The notes beneath the pieces are model-generated. The model saw only the letters and a list, made by a program, of their open reading frames with translations. It made no database searches and was not told the DNA's origin. Below, in pieces: positions 44,749 to 54,255 of a stretch of 64,000 bases of DNA. Origin of the DNA: a virus (taxonomy: Duplodnaviria > Heunggongvirae > Uroviricota > Caudoviricetes); the IMG/VR virus record IMGVR_UViG_3300031994_002305, positions 1 through 64,000 of that record. The stretch is one strand, 5' to 3'. Every line of letters starts with the position of its first letter. Within the stretch, counting starts at the first letter, position 1. The translations under genes were made by a program, and so were the position numbers.

Positions 44749-46368
44749 TTATTCTTCTTCTTGTTTTTTCTTTTCAGCTTCTTCTTTGAATGAATAAGCC
44801 AAATCATCTTCAAGAATATGTTTTTTAGCAGGATTAATCTGATAAGCTAATTTAGACATAATATCTCTATTAATTAATACCTTTTGTTTTTTATCACGAT
44901 TATCAACTAATGCAAATTCTGCATTAAGAAGCTTACGTGAACCTACTTGTATACAAGGAATTAATACTGTTGTACGAGGTTCTGTTACTTGTCCAACAAT
45001 AGCTTTAGATTCACCTTCTTTTTCAAATACATATTTCTTACCTTCTATTGTTGCTTCAATTTTATCTCCGAGATCACTAATTGAATCACATCCTATAGTA
45101 GAAGCTTTTGCACCATTTCCTGTATCAAATTTAGCTTCAAATTCAATCGAATCCTTTTCATTATCTGTAAATGTAAATTTAACATTTTCAAGATATCCTA
45201 TTGCTTTAGGAGCCAATACTAATTCATTAACATCATTTATTTCATCAAGTAATATTTTCATAAAGTTTGTTTTTATTACTGAAGAAATACCATCTGTACC
45301 TGGAGATGCATTATATTCAAGAACTACATTATCACCAATTTCTGGATTTGATCCTTTTACAAGTGGCATAATATCTACAGCACACCATGGCATACCTGAA
45401 ATTTTTGCAACCTTAAGTGCTATTTCTTCCTGCTCTGGAGTTAATTCAACTGATTCTGCTGTTGCTCCTAATGATACATTTGAACGGAAATCACCTCCAA
45501 GTTTTTTACGTTTCATTTGAGCAAGAATCTTTTGTTTAGTTCTCATAGTCAATACATGAACACGAATATCACCACCATCAGCTTCTTCTTTCTTTTGTAC
45601 TAATAATTCACGTTCTTCATCTACAGCAAATACCATCTGAAGCATTGAAAGAATAGTTTTACCTGTTTGCATTGTAACACCAGTTCCGCCATGCCCATCA
45701 AGAATCTTTACAACATATTCACGTTTTTTATCTTTTTCTTCATCTTCGCCAAGGTCAGGATAAATTTCTTTAAGTTTCTTTTGCAATGATTCTTCACCCT
45801 TTTCAATATCATTTTTAGATATTAATACAAAACGTGGTTGTGGAATTTCATAACGTTCCATTAAAACAGAAGATTGGTATTTGTTTGATGCTTTCTTGGC
45901 TGATTGAATAGGGTTTAATACAAAGAATCCCCAATCTTGGAGTTCTTTAATTAATTCCATGCATTCCTCAGAATCTTGAGCACCAAGACGAGTTATGACA
46001 ATTGTATCAATATTTGATTGTTCATCAACAGTATATTTGTTTTTATTATCATGCCATTCAATTTTGTCATCAGTAGCTTTATAATCTACTTCTTCAGCAA
46101 CGAATGGAAATATTTCTACATCTTTTCCTTCAATAGCTTGTTCAAGATTTTTTAATGTCTTATTTGTCTTTGAGTCTCTATCATTAGTAAAGAAAAGAAT
46201 ATTCTTAAAAAAGTATTCGTCTTTTTTAGGTTTTTTAGCTACTTCATTTTTTTCAACAATAACTTTTTGTGCTTCTTGTTCTTTAATGATTTTTTCTTTA
46301 CGTTTCTTTTCAGCTGCTTCTAAAACTGAAGCAATTACTAAAGGATCATTATAATTAATTTCTTTCAT
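44749..46368 (-). CDS. rimK: RimK-family ATP-grasp ligase fused to a C-terminal RimB-like (retropepsin-fold) protease
   Basis: ATP-grasp motifs NKY, VVKILDGHGGTGV, DIRVHV, FRSNVSLG, AVD and LEYNASPG. C-terminal motifs IGYLENV, AKFDTG and VLINRD. Confidence 0.85.
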   Translation of the reverse strand: MKEINYNDPLVIASVLEAAEKKRKEKIIKEQEAQKVIVEKNEVAKKPKKDEYFFKNILFFTNDRDSKTNKTLKNLEQAIEGKDVEIFPFVAEEVDYKATDDKIEWHDNKNKYTVDEQSNIDTIVITRLGAQDSEECMELIKELQDWGFFVLNPIQSAKKASNKYQSSVLMERYEIPQPRFVLISKNDIEKGEESLQKKLKEIYPDLGEDEEKDKKREYVVKILDGHGGTGVTMQTGKTILSMLQMVFAVDEERELLVQKKEEADGGDIRVHVLTMRTKQKILAQMKRKKLGGDFRSNVSLGATAESVELTPEQEEIALKVAKISGMPWCAVDIMPLVKGSNPEIGDNVVLEYNASPGTDGISSVIKTNFMKILLDEINDVNELVLAPKAIGYLENVKFTFTDNEKDSIEFEAKFDTGNGAKASTIGCDSISDLGDKIEATIEGKKYVFEKEGESKAIVGQVTEPRTTVLIPCIQVGSRKLLNAEFALVDNRDKKQKVLINRDIMSKLAYQINPAKKHILEDDLAYSFKEEAEKKKQEEE

Positions 46369-46479
46369 AATAATTTCTATATTTAATATATATTAAAAAT
46401 AACTAAAATAATGTAAATTTAATAATTGATATTAATGTTCTATTTTTAATTATAAGAGTAAAAATATGTGTAAATATGA

Positions 46480-47025
46480 ATGAAATTAATAATTATAGAA
46501 GGACCAGATAATTGTGGTAAGAATACATTAATAAATAAAATTTCAGAAAATTTTCTAACTGTAACAAATATCCATTACACTAAGCCTGAAAACAAATACA
46601 TCCAAAATACTGTATTTAGAGGATATGCTTATGCAATAGTAAATAAAGTTTATGATACTGATGCAGTTATTTTGAATAGAAGTCATTATGGAGAATTTGT
46701 TTATGGATGTCTTTATAGAGGAATTTCTGATAAAGATGCATTAGATATCATAAGCGAAATAGATGATATATACATAAAAAACAATATTGATGTTTATTAT
46801 ATTCAATTATTATCAACATCTGATAAATTACTTTTAAAGAATGATGATAATAAATCATTATCAAAAGGAAATATTGAATCAATTGCTGCTGAGCAAAGAA
46901 GATTTAGAACTGTATTTGATGAATCAAAATTAAATAGAACATTAATATTAGTTAATGATGGTGAAAAATTTAAATCACCAGACGATATATATAATGAAGC
47001 AATAAATTTTATAAATAAAAAATAA
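46480..47025 (+). CDS. Thymidylate-kinase-like dNMP kinase (candidate hm-dCMP kinase)
   Basis: IIIEGPDNCGKNT P-loop and ILNRSHYGEFVYG; directly upstream of the gp42 homologue. Confidence 0.8.
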   Translation: MKLIIIEGPDNCGKNTLINKISENFLTVTNIHYTKPENKYIQNTVFRGYAYAIVNKVYDTDAVILNRSHYGEFVYGCLYRGISDKDALDIISEIDDIYIKNNIDVYYIQLLSTSDKLLLKNDDNKSLSKGNIESIAAEQRRFRTVFDESKLNRTLILVNDGEKFKSPDDIYNEAINFINKK

Positions 47026-47026
47026 T

Positions 47027-47740
47027 ATGCAGAATACAAACGATATATTAAATCAATTTAAAGAAAAATACAAGAATAAAGATTTTCGTATAATTGGTAA
47101 TGCAGTACAACAATCAAAAACAATTGAATTACAAAATGTTCAATTTGAAGTAGATAAGCCTTGGATTGTTCGTGAACCTAATTATGAATATTTTGAAAAG
47201 GAATTAAAATGGTATGAATCTCAAAGTTTGAATGTTAATGATATTCCTGGTGGTGCTCCAGCAATGTGGAAAGCTTGTGCAACTCCTGATGGTTATATTA
47301 ATTCAAATTATGGATGGATGATTTGGTCTATTGATAATAGTGAACAATATAAGCATTGTTTGAATAAGTTAATTGAAGATCCACATACACGTGAAGCTTG
47401 TATGATTTATAATCGTCCAAGTATGCAAGAAGATTATAAGAAAAATGGAATGCATGATTTTTGCTGTACTTATGCAGTTCAATGTTTCTTAAATGAAGAT
47501 GAAGGTGGAAGATATCATTTGAAATATATTGTATATCAAAGAAGTCAAGACGCAGTATTTGGATTCGATAATGATATACTTTGGCATATGTATGTACAAA
47601 ATCAATTAGCTAATGATTTATTTGGAAAAATTATACCAACTATAGGTATTGCAACTCCAATAATTTGTGATCCTATTATAAATAACGTTGGTAGTCTTCA
47701 CGTATATGAGCGCCATTTTAAATATTTAGAAAACAAATAA
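47027..47740 (+). CDS. dCMP hydroxymethylase (T4 gp42-like)
   Basis: ELKWY, DIPG, INSNYGWMIWS, IYNRPSMQ, DFCCT, RSQDAVFGFDND and NVGSLHVYERHF closely follow recalled T4 gp42. It has Asp at the dCMP-specificity position, where thymidylate synthase has Asn. Confidence 0.92.
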   Translation: MQNTNDILNQFKEKYKNKDFRIIGNAVQQSKTIELQNVQFEVDKPWIVREPNYEYFEKELKWYESQSLNVNDIPGGAPAMWKACATPDGYINSNYGWMIWSIDNSEQYKHCLNKLIEDPHTREACMIYNRPSMQEDYKKNGMHDFCCTYAVQCFLNEDEGGRYHLKYIVYQRSQDAVFGFDNDILWHMYVQNQLANDLFGKIIPTIGIATPIICDPIINNVGSLHVYERHFKYLENK

Positions 47741-47742
47741 AT

Positions 47743-48516
47743 ATGAATAAAGTACATATTATAATGCCAATGGCCGGTGAAGGCAGTCGTTTTAAAGAAG
47801 AAGGATATGAAGTACCTAAACCATTAATTACATTAGGTGACAAACAATTATATCAGCATGCATTAAGTAGTCTTTCTGGGTTAAAGAATAAAAATGAAGA
47901 ATTTGAATTTAAATTTACATTTATTGTAAGAGAAGAATTTAAAGATATCGTTATTCCTGATTTATTAAAGAATTATCCTAAAGCAACTATTTTAACTGTT
48001 GATCATACAACTAAAGGAGCATTAGAAACAGTAATGCTTGCTGAAGATTATATTTTGGATGATGATTATGTTATTACAATTGATTGTGATTTAGAATTTC
48101 AATCTGAAGGTTTTATCGAAGATTTAAAAAACGCTATATTGAATAATGATCCACTTTTATTATCATTTTATTCACGTGATCCAAAATATAGTTATGTGCA
48201 ATGTGATCAGGATGGACATGGAGTAAATATAAGAGAAAAACAAGTAATATCAACTCATGCTTTGGGCGGATGTTATTGTTTAGGTTCTGGTGAACTATTT
48301 AAAAAATGTGCAAAAATGTACATATATGATTTCTATCACGGAAAAATAAGTTCTCCAGAAATTTATATGTCATTAATTTATAACTATATTATAAAAGAAT
48401 TACGAGATACTATTGAAGTATATGATATGAATTTTCATAAAGATCATTATTGGTCTTATGGAACACCTAATGATTTAATTAATTACGAATACGATAGGAA
48501 TATATGGGACAAATAA
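47743..48516 (+). CDS. Sugar-phosphate nucleotidyltransferase
   Basis: Motifs IIMPMAGEGSRF, PKPLI, TKGALET, IDCD, REK and YGTP. Confidence 0.88.
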   Translation: MNKVHIIMPMAGEGSRFKEEGYEVPKPLITLGDKQLYQHALSSLSGLKNKNEEFEFKFTFIVREEFKDIVIPDLLKNYPKATILTVDHTTKGALETVMLAEDYILDDDYVITIDCDLEFQSEGFIEDLKNAILNNDPLLLSFYSRDPKYSYVQCDQDGHGVNIREKQVISTHALGGCYCLGSGELFKKCAKMYIYDFYHGKISSPEIYMSLIYNYIIKELRDTIEVYDMNFHKDHYWSYGTPNDLINYEYDRNIWDK

Positions 48517-49067
48517 AAGCAATTATTACAGATTTTGATGGCACATTAGTTAATACATTAATGGCTAATTTATGCGCATATAAAGAAGCATTTAAATCTG
48601 TTGGTATTGAATTAAATAATGAACTTTATAAAGAGTGCTATGGTTTACGTTTTGATGACTTATGTAAACGTGTAGGCTTAAAAGATAAAGAACTATGTAA
48701 TAAAGTTAAAGAATTAAAGAAAAAAGTTTATCCTTCATATTTTGAATATTGTGTTCTTAATGATAAACTTTTAAATTATATAAGATATTGCAAGAGTATT
48801 GGATTAAAGACTTGCATAGCATCAACTGCAGCAAAAACAAATCTTTATAATGTACTTAATTATTTTGGAATTACTGGAGATTTTGATATAATTATTTCAG
48901 GAGAAGATGTATCACACGGTAAACCTAATCCTGAAGTTTATAATAAAGCATTAACATTATTAGATTGTGAATCTGATGAAGCATTAGTATTTGAGGATTC
49001 TCAAGTTGGATGTGAAGCAGCTGAAGCAGCTAATATTAGTTATATAAAAATTAGAAATTTTGCATAA
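48504..49067 (+). CDS. HAD-superfamily phosphatase
   Basis: Motifs DFDGTL, IAST, GKPNPEVY and FEDS. Confidence 0.9.
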   Translation: MGQIKAIITDFDGTLVNTLMANLCAYKEAFKSVGIELNNELYKECYGLRFDDLCKRVGLKDKELCNKVKELKKKVYPSYFEYCVLNDKLLNYIRYCKSIGLKTCIASTAAKTNLYNVLNYFGITGDFDIIISGEDVSHGKPNPEVYNKALTLLDCESDEALVFEDSQVGCEAAEAANISYIKIRNFA

Positions 49068-49303
49068 TGTTTCCTAATTGTAAAGGTTGTAAATTTTCAA
49101 TGTGTGGTGATTATGATCCATGTTCTGATTGGTGTGATGAATGTGTATATGAATGGGAATGCGAACATCCACAAACACCAAAAGAAAAAGAATATGAATT
49201 TAAAGTACCACAAGAAAAACAAAAAACAGAATATATGACAACTGAAAATACAGTTGATTGTCTATTTAAGTTAATAAATTATAAATATAAAAGTAAAATA
49301 TGA
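49067..49303 (+). CDS. Small Cys-rich hypothetical protein
   Basis: CKGC...C...C...CDEC...C. Confidence 0.5.
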   Translation: MFPNCKGCKFSMCGDYDPCSDWCDECVYEWECEHPQTPKEKEYEFKVPQEKQKTEYMTTENTVDCLFKLINYKYKSKI

Positions 49304-50331
49304 ATATATTAATAACTGGAGCAGCTGGATTTATTGGGTCACAGTTAGCATATAAGTTTTTAAAGGAAGGTCATCATATTATATTGATTGATAATATGTC
49401 TTATGGACATGAAGATAATTTGATATTTGATGATGAAGAAGATGGAGATTTGAATTTATATCTTCATAAAGTAGATATTCGTGACCGTAATTATTTAGAA
49501 GCAATATTCAAAACAGAGAAAATTGATTATGTTTATAATATTGCTGGAATAGCACCATTACCTGATTGTCAATCAGATCCTTGTGAAGCAATTGATGTTA
49601 ATGTTAATGGTTTTGTTAATATTCTTGAGCTTTCTCGCATATATGGTGTAAAATGTGTCATACAAGCATCAACAAATGCGATGTATGAAAACGAAACTAA
49701 ATTCCCAACATCAGAGAATTTTGAAAATCTTCCAACATTAATATATCCAAATACAAAATATTGTGCTGAACGATTTGCACAATCATATTGCGATACTTAT
49801 GGAATGAACGTATGTTGTGTTCGATTCGCAAATGTATATGGACCTCATGTTGATTGTCTTCGTAAACAACCACCATTTGTTGGTTATTTAATTCGTGAGC
49901 TTTATTATGATAGAGTTCCAGTTTTTCATTCAAATGGTAAGCAAGCTCGAGATTATATCTATATTGATGATTTAACAGAATTACTCGAAAAGGTACAAAG
50001 TTGTAAAGGTTTTGATACTGTAAACTGTTCTTCAAATCAATCATATTCAGTTAGAACTATTTATAAAATTGCACGTGGCATAATGAATAAAGATATTGAT
50101 GCAGAATATGTCGATTCATCAAATTATTGGAAGAAATATCCACAATTATATGAAGGCGCATATTCAATTAAACCTGAAGTACTTGACCATGAAGTAAATA
50201 AATATTCATTATGTAATAATATACATGCTAAAATTAAATATGAGTGGGAACCTAAAGTTAGTATAGGGGATGGTATGCGAAATATGATAGAATACACTGT
50301 TAAATTATTTGATAAATTAGAAGGGAAGTAA
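49300..50331 (+). CDS. NAD-dependent NDP-sugar epimerase/dehydratase (extended SDR)
   Basis: Motifs ITGAAGFIG, AST, YPNTK (YxxxK), RFANVYGP and RDYIYIDD. Confidence 0.92.
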   Translation: MNILITGAAGFIGSQLAYKFLKEGHHIILIDNMSYGHEDNLIFDDEEDGDLNLYLHKVDIRDRNYLEAIFKTEKIDYVYNIAGIAPLPDCQSDPCEAIDVNVNGFVNILELSRIYGVKCVIQASTNAMYENETKFPTSENFENLPTLIYPNTKYCAERFAQSYCDTYGMNVCCVRFANVYGPHVDCLRKQPPFVGYLIRELYYDRVPVFHSNGKQARDYIYIDDLTELLEKVQSCKGFDTVNCSSNQSYSVRTIYKIARGIMNKDIDAEYVDSSNYWKKYPQLYEGAYSIKPEVLDHEVNKYSLCNNIHAKIKYEWEPKVSIGDGMRNMIEYTVKLFDKLEGK

Positions 50332-50348
50332 AATTCCCTTTTATTTTT
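50321..50348 (+). terminator. Intrinsic terminator
   Basis: AAGGGAA/TTCCCTT stem plus T-run. Confidence 0.7.
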
Positions 50349-50357
50349 CTTTTTGTT

Positions 50358-50388
50358 TTTGAATAATATTTATATTTTACTATATTTT
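50358..50388 (+). promoter_or_regulatory. Early promoter, TTTG-N19-TATATTTT
   Basis: Fixed-spacing motif. Confidence 0.65.
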
Positions 50389-50410
50389 TAATGTAAAAAA
50401 TCAAACAAAT

Positions 50411-50584
50411 ATGAAAGTATCTGGAAAAAAATTAATTCTTACGAATTGCTGTGTTTGGGAGGATGAGTATTATGGTTCACGTAATCGTAATGCTCGTGGA
50501 AAACGTTTTCATCATGATGGTGCAGATATTCGTAATGCCAATCGTAAGGTTCGTCGCGATAAAAGTTGGAAAGAAGAAATATAA
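50411..50584 (+). CDS. 57 aa basic early protein (not in the ORF track)
   Basis: MKVSGKKLILTNCCVWEDEYYGSRNRNARGKRFHHDGADIRNANRKVRRDKSWKEEI, directly after the promoter and an A-rich leader. Confidence 0.65.
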   Translation: MKVSGKKLILTNCCVWEDEYYGSRNRNARGKRFHHDGADIRNANRKVRRDKSWKEEI

Positions 50585-50612
50585 AAATTCTAATGAAATT
50601 ATTTATATAATA

Positions 50613-50643
50613 TTTGAATTTTTAAATAAAAGAACTATATTAT
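50613..50643 (+). promoter_or_regulatory. Early promoter, TTTG-N19-TATATTAT
   Basis: Fixed-spacing motif. Confidence 0.65.
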
Positions 50644-50669
50644 ATTTGTAATCAAACAAATTATAAAAT

Positions 50670-50957
50670 ATGACAGTTTATCAAATTACAATTCAAAGTT
50701 TTTTCAATTCGAACAATACCGATTATGCAATGCCAGTCGATAGATATACTGATGTAATTCTGTTTAGAAAAAGTGCAGATGCTGACGAAAAGTTTAACGA
50801 ACTAATTGATGAATATGTAAATAGATACTGGGAGAAGAACGGACATCAGTCAAATGAATTCCTTCATTTTGGTGCCAATAGTTGTACGGTGATTTATCAC
50901 GATAAATCAAAAACAAATAGAACATATATTTCATTAGATCCTAAAGAACTTAATTAA
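50670..50957 (+). CDS. Hypothetical early protein
   Basis: 95 aa ORF after the promoter. Confidence 0.65.
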   Translation: MTVYQITIQSFFNSNNTDYAMPVDRYTDVILFRKSADADEKFNELIDEYVNRYWEKNGHQSNEFLHFGANSCTVIYHDKSKTNRTYISLDPKELN

Positions 50958-51029
50958 AATATGAATAATAAGAATAAGCCACCACCTGTTTAAATATCAT
51001 ATTTTGAATTTAACATTACATATAAATAA

Positions 51030-51520
51030 AAAAACCAATAGAAGACGTAGTAACATCTCAGCCGCGTGGTTTTATCCAATAATGGTTTTTGACAAGGCGC
51101 AAACAAGTCCACGACTATGGTAAGAGACCGACCGATTTAAGTTAAATAGAAGGGTTAATTAATATAAATGGGAGAGCGACGCGGAAACTGCTCAGAACGT
51201 CCGCACAAAAATATGGGGGATTCTGAATAATGAAGATTAGAGATTCTACCTTTTAATTTTAAATGAAACATATATAATTAATGGTTCTAAAAGATAATAC
51301 CAGACAAATATGTTCTGCTTCATTCCGTTTCGATTAATACTCGAATAAAGAAGATAAATTATATTTGAAACTCATCTCAGATTTAAACGTATCTGACACG
51401 CTGACGGACAGTGGAAGAAACATGAGAAAATATAATTGTGAATATATAATCTGCATGGTGATATGGTAGTCAAGTTATTTGAAGAACCAATCAAATATTG
51501 AGGAACTCAGGTTCCTCTTT
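51030..51520 (+). ncRNA. Candidate large structured non-coding RNA (unclassified)
   Basis: ORF-free, GC-enriched stretch with many nested helices and three loop-mediated pairings, ending in a terminator. G-U pairs favour the + strand. Confidence 0.6.
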
Positions 51521-51525
51521 ATTTG
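51500..51525 (+). terminator. Intrinsic terminator closing the ncRNA candidate
   Basis: GAGGAAC-TCAG-GTTCCTC-TTTATTT. Confidence 0.8.
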
Positions 51526-51589
51526 TTTCTAGAAATTTTATAAATAAAACAATAAAATTTCTATATTAATATAAATAAAATTCTTATTA

Positions 51590-51733
51590 ATGAAAAAAAT
51601 AAAATATTTTCTTGGAGAAATAATGTATTGGTTATTTATACCTTTATCTTTGTTTTTTCTTGTTATAATTGAAATATTTAATATTTTATACAATTTTTTT
51701 TATAATTTGATTAAGTTTAGAAAAATATCATAA
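51590..51733 (+). CDS. 47 aa single-pass membrane peptide (not in the ORF track)
   Basis: MKKIKYFLGEIMYWLFIPLSLFFLVIIEIFNILYNFFYNLIKFRKIS. Confidence 0.45.
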   Translation: MKKIKYFLGEIMYWLFIPLSLFFLVIIEIFNILYNFFYNLIKFRKIS

Positions 51734-51741
51734 TATAGTAT

Positions 51742-52602
51742 ATGACTATTGATATAAAAGGACATTCTGGATGTAATATTGATATTATTGAAGAAGACGG
51801 TCATTTATATGTTAAAAAATCTACTAAAGATCCAAAATATAAAACAAGATTAACTTTACAAGGTAATAAGCAAAGTAATGATATGTGTTTGTGTGGGTCT
51901 ATTACAAATCCACATATATATCGTACTGAAGTAAATGATGATGAATGTTTTATTTTGATGGATTATATTTATGCCAAGAATTTTATAGATTATTTTGAAC
52001 ATGCTTCTGCTTCTGACATAGATCATTTCATTAATACATTTGTTATATATATAAAAACAGAATTAGGTAAATGTACTAAAGAAAAAGTTAAAAAAGAAAT
52101 TTTTGTTAATAAATTTAATTCTGTTGTTGAAAACTGTAAAAAGAATGAATTGACTAGAGATAACAATAGAGTTAAAATGATTTTAAATGATTGCAAAAAA
52201 GTATTTGATAATATGCCTGAAGAGATAATAATGCCTGTAGGTGTATGTCATGGTGATTTGACATTTTCAAATATTTTATTTACATCAAATAGTTTTTACT
52301 TTATAGATTATTTAGATTCATTTATTGAAACACCAATTCAAGATATTGTTAAATTAAGACAAGATACAAAATATTTTTGGTCTACTATGATGTATACTAA
52401 AAAATATGATATTGTACGTCTTAATATGATATTTAAATATATTGATAATAGATTAGTTGAAGAGTTTGGAGATATAGAAGATTATTTCAATAATTATGAT
52501 AGACTTCAACTAATGAATATTCTTAGAATTCTTCCTTATGTTAAAGAAGAGAAAGTTCGTGATTTTGTTTTAAATATATTACAATCATTGCCTAAATATT
52601 AA
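51742..52602 (+). CDS. APH/choline-kinase-like phosphotransferase (candidate sugar kinase)
   Basis: Motifs GHSG, VKK, MDYI, CHGDLTFSNIL, FID and DIVKLRQD. Confidence 0.82.
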   Translation: MTIDIKGHSGCNIDIIEEDGHLYVKKSTKDPKYKTRLTLQGNKQSNDMCLCGSITNPHIYRTEVNDDECFILMDYIYAKNFIDYFEHASASDIDHFINTFVIYIKTELGKCTKEKVKKEIFVNKFNSVVENCKKNELTRDNNRVKMILNDCKKVFDNMPEEIIMPVGVCHGDLTFSNILFTSNSFYFIDYLDSFIETPIQDIVKLRQDTKYFWSTMMYTKKYDIVRLNMIFKYIDNRLVEEFGDIEDYFNNYDRLQLMNILRILPYVKEEKVRDFVLNILQSLPKY

Positions 52603-52636
52603 ATTTCATTAGGAATGTAATTACTAATTATAAATT

Positions 52637-53341
52637 ATGAAAGAGAAATATTCGTTAATAGTTCCAATGATTAATACATCAAAAAAATATGAAAATTCTG
52701 TTCCTATTGAATTTCAATATGATAATATAACAGGATTAATGAATTGTATTAAAAGCATTGAAGGACTTAATGTTAATTTATTTAAAGATATTTATTTTGC
52801 AATATTAAAGAAGCATGAAGATAAATATCATATAATGGATAAAATATCTACTTTAATAGAACATAGCAAATTAAAAAATATTAAATGCTATTTTAGAATA
52901 TTTGAATATCCAACCAGCTCACAAGCAGAAACGATATATCAAATGATTACTAATTTTAAAATTGAAGGTCCTATATTTATTAAAGATGCAGATAATATGT
53001 GTATTTGTAATAATGAAATATTAGGCAACACAGTATTAGTTTATCCATTAGAAAATACACCAATTGTTGATCCTCAACATAAATCATATGTTGCAGTAGA
53101 TGATCAAAATTTTGTTACTAACATAATTGAAAAAAAGGTTATTAGTAATTTATTTAACTGCGGAGGATATAGTTTTAATTTAGCACAAGATTATATTGAT
53201 GCATATGAAGCTGTACAAGAATTTGAAGATATAGCAAGTCATATGTATATATCACATATTATATATTGGCTTATATTAAATAAAAATTTAAAATTTAGAC
53301 CTATTGAAGCAATAGGATATGAAGATTTTGAAATAAAGTAA
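52637..53341 (+). CDS. Second, degenerate nucleotidyltransferase-fold protein
   Basis: TSSQAETI, IKDADN, KSYV, IIEKKVIS and CGGYSF are present, but the N-terminal AGxGxR is replaced by PMINTSKKY. Confidence 0.7.
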   Translation: MKEKYSLIVPMINTSKKYENSVPIEFQYDNITGLMNCIKSIEGLNVNLFKDIYFAILKKHEDKYHIMDKISTLIEHSKLKNIKCYFRIFEYPTSSQAETIYQMITNFKIEGPIFIKDADNMCICNNEILGNTVLVYPLENTPIVDPQHKSYVAVDDQNFVTNIIEKKVISNLFNCGGYSFNLAQDYIDAYEAVQEFEDIASHMYISHIIYWLILNKNLKFRPIEAIGYEDFEIK

Positions 53342-53350
53342 AATAATAAA

Positions 53351-54253
53351 ATGTTTAAGAAAACAGCAATTTATATACCGACATATAATAATAGATATAG
53401 TGAAATGTTAAATTATGCAAATACATTAATTAAGACATGTCCTGTATTTATTATATTTTCCAACAATGATGAGAAACTAGAATCTTATAACATGTATGAA
53501 TGGGATCCAAAGATTCAAAAATTGTATTGTGATGCAAAAACTATCGGAGAGAAAAGACAGTTTGTTCTAGATTATCTTTATGAAAAAGGATTCAAATATG
53601 TAGTTCAAATAGAAGATGATATAAGAACATTTGCTTCCGAAATTAATGATAGTACAAAAAGAACAACTTCCGATTCTTACGCAAAAGCAAAGATTAGTAT
53701 TGAGGAAATGTTAAAAAAGATGTTAAAAGCTGCGCAAGAACACAATGCTGCCTTTGTATCACCATCATTTCCGTTCAGTTTAGGATTCTCAAAACCTAGA
53801 GCTATAGCAATCAATAAGTCATTGAACTTCGGTCAGTTTAATATGGTCGATGTAGAAAAATTGAAGAAGTATAATATTAATTATGATGTAAGAGAAAATG
53901 TTCATGATGACATTGATTTGGTTTTGCAATTGCTTCAAACTGGTTTAAATTGTGTTACATTAAAAGACACTGCATTTGAAGTAATTGGTTCCTCATCATT
54001 ATTAGAAAACTCAACAATTTGTAATGGAAATAAACAAGATTTAATGAGAATTAATCTATATTTAAAATATAGAGATGGTATTTCGTTACGAATTGGTAAA
54101 CATGGAGAATTACGAATGACTTGTAAACTTGATAAATATTGGAATACGAAAGAAATTCCAATTAAAGATGATAAGTATCATAAAGAATTATTTGAACTTT
54201 GTAAGAAATACGATATTGAAGGAATAAAGAATTTAATAGTAAATAAAAAATAG
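53351..54253 (+). CDS. GT-A DNA glycosyltransferase (T2/T6 beta-glucosyl-HMC-alpha-glucosyltransferase/TAGT-like)
   Basis: IYIPTYNNR, TIGEKRQ, VQIEDD and HDDIDLVLQLLQTG parallel the recalled IPSYQR, GIAGTRK, MIDDD and CEDMYAFLNLINQG. Confidence 0.7.
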   Translation: MFKKTAIYIPTYNNRYSEMLNYANTLIKTCPVFIIFSNNDEKLESYNMYEWDPKIQKLYCDAKTIGEKRQFVLDYLYEKGFKYVVQIEDDIRTFASEINDSTKRTTSDSYAKAKISIEEMLKKMLKAAQEHNAAFVSPSFPFSLGFSKPRAIAINKSLNFGQFNMVDVEKLKKYNINYDVRENVHDDIDLVLQLLQTGLNCVTLKDTAFEVIGSSSLLENSTICNGNKQDLMRINLYLKYRDGISLRIGKHGELRMTCKLDKYWNTKEIPIKDDKYHKELFELCKKYDIEGIKNLIVNKK

Positions 54254-54255
54254 TT

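Noticed and set aside
47027-47740. Ordinary thymidylate synthase
   Set aside because: It has Asp at the specificity position and gp42-specific blocks, indicating a dCMP-modifying enzyme.
50451-50651. Tracked 66 aa ORF
   Set aside because: It runs over the next promoter. The ATG-initiated 50411..50584 frame fits the promoter and leader better.
51030-51520. tmRNA, RNase P, group II intron or retron identity for the ncRNA candidate
   Set aside because: There is no tRNA-like acceptor or T-arm. The GCAAAC-initiated frame (ANKSTTMVRDRPI) lacks an ALAA-type tag end. There is no RNase P GAGGAAAGUCC, no convincing domain V and no reverse transcriptase in the window.
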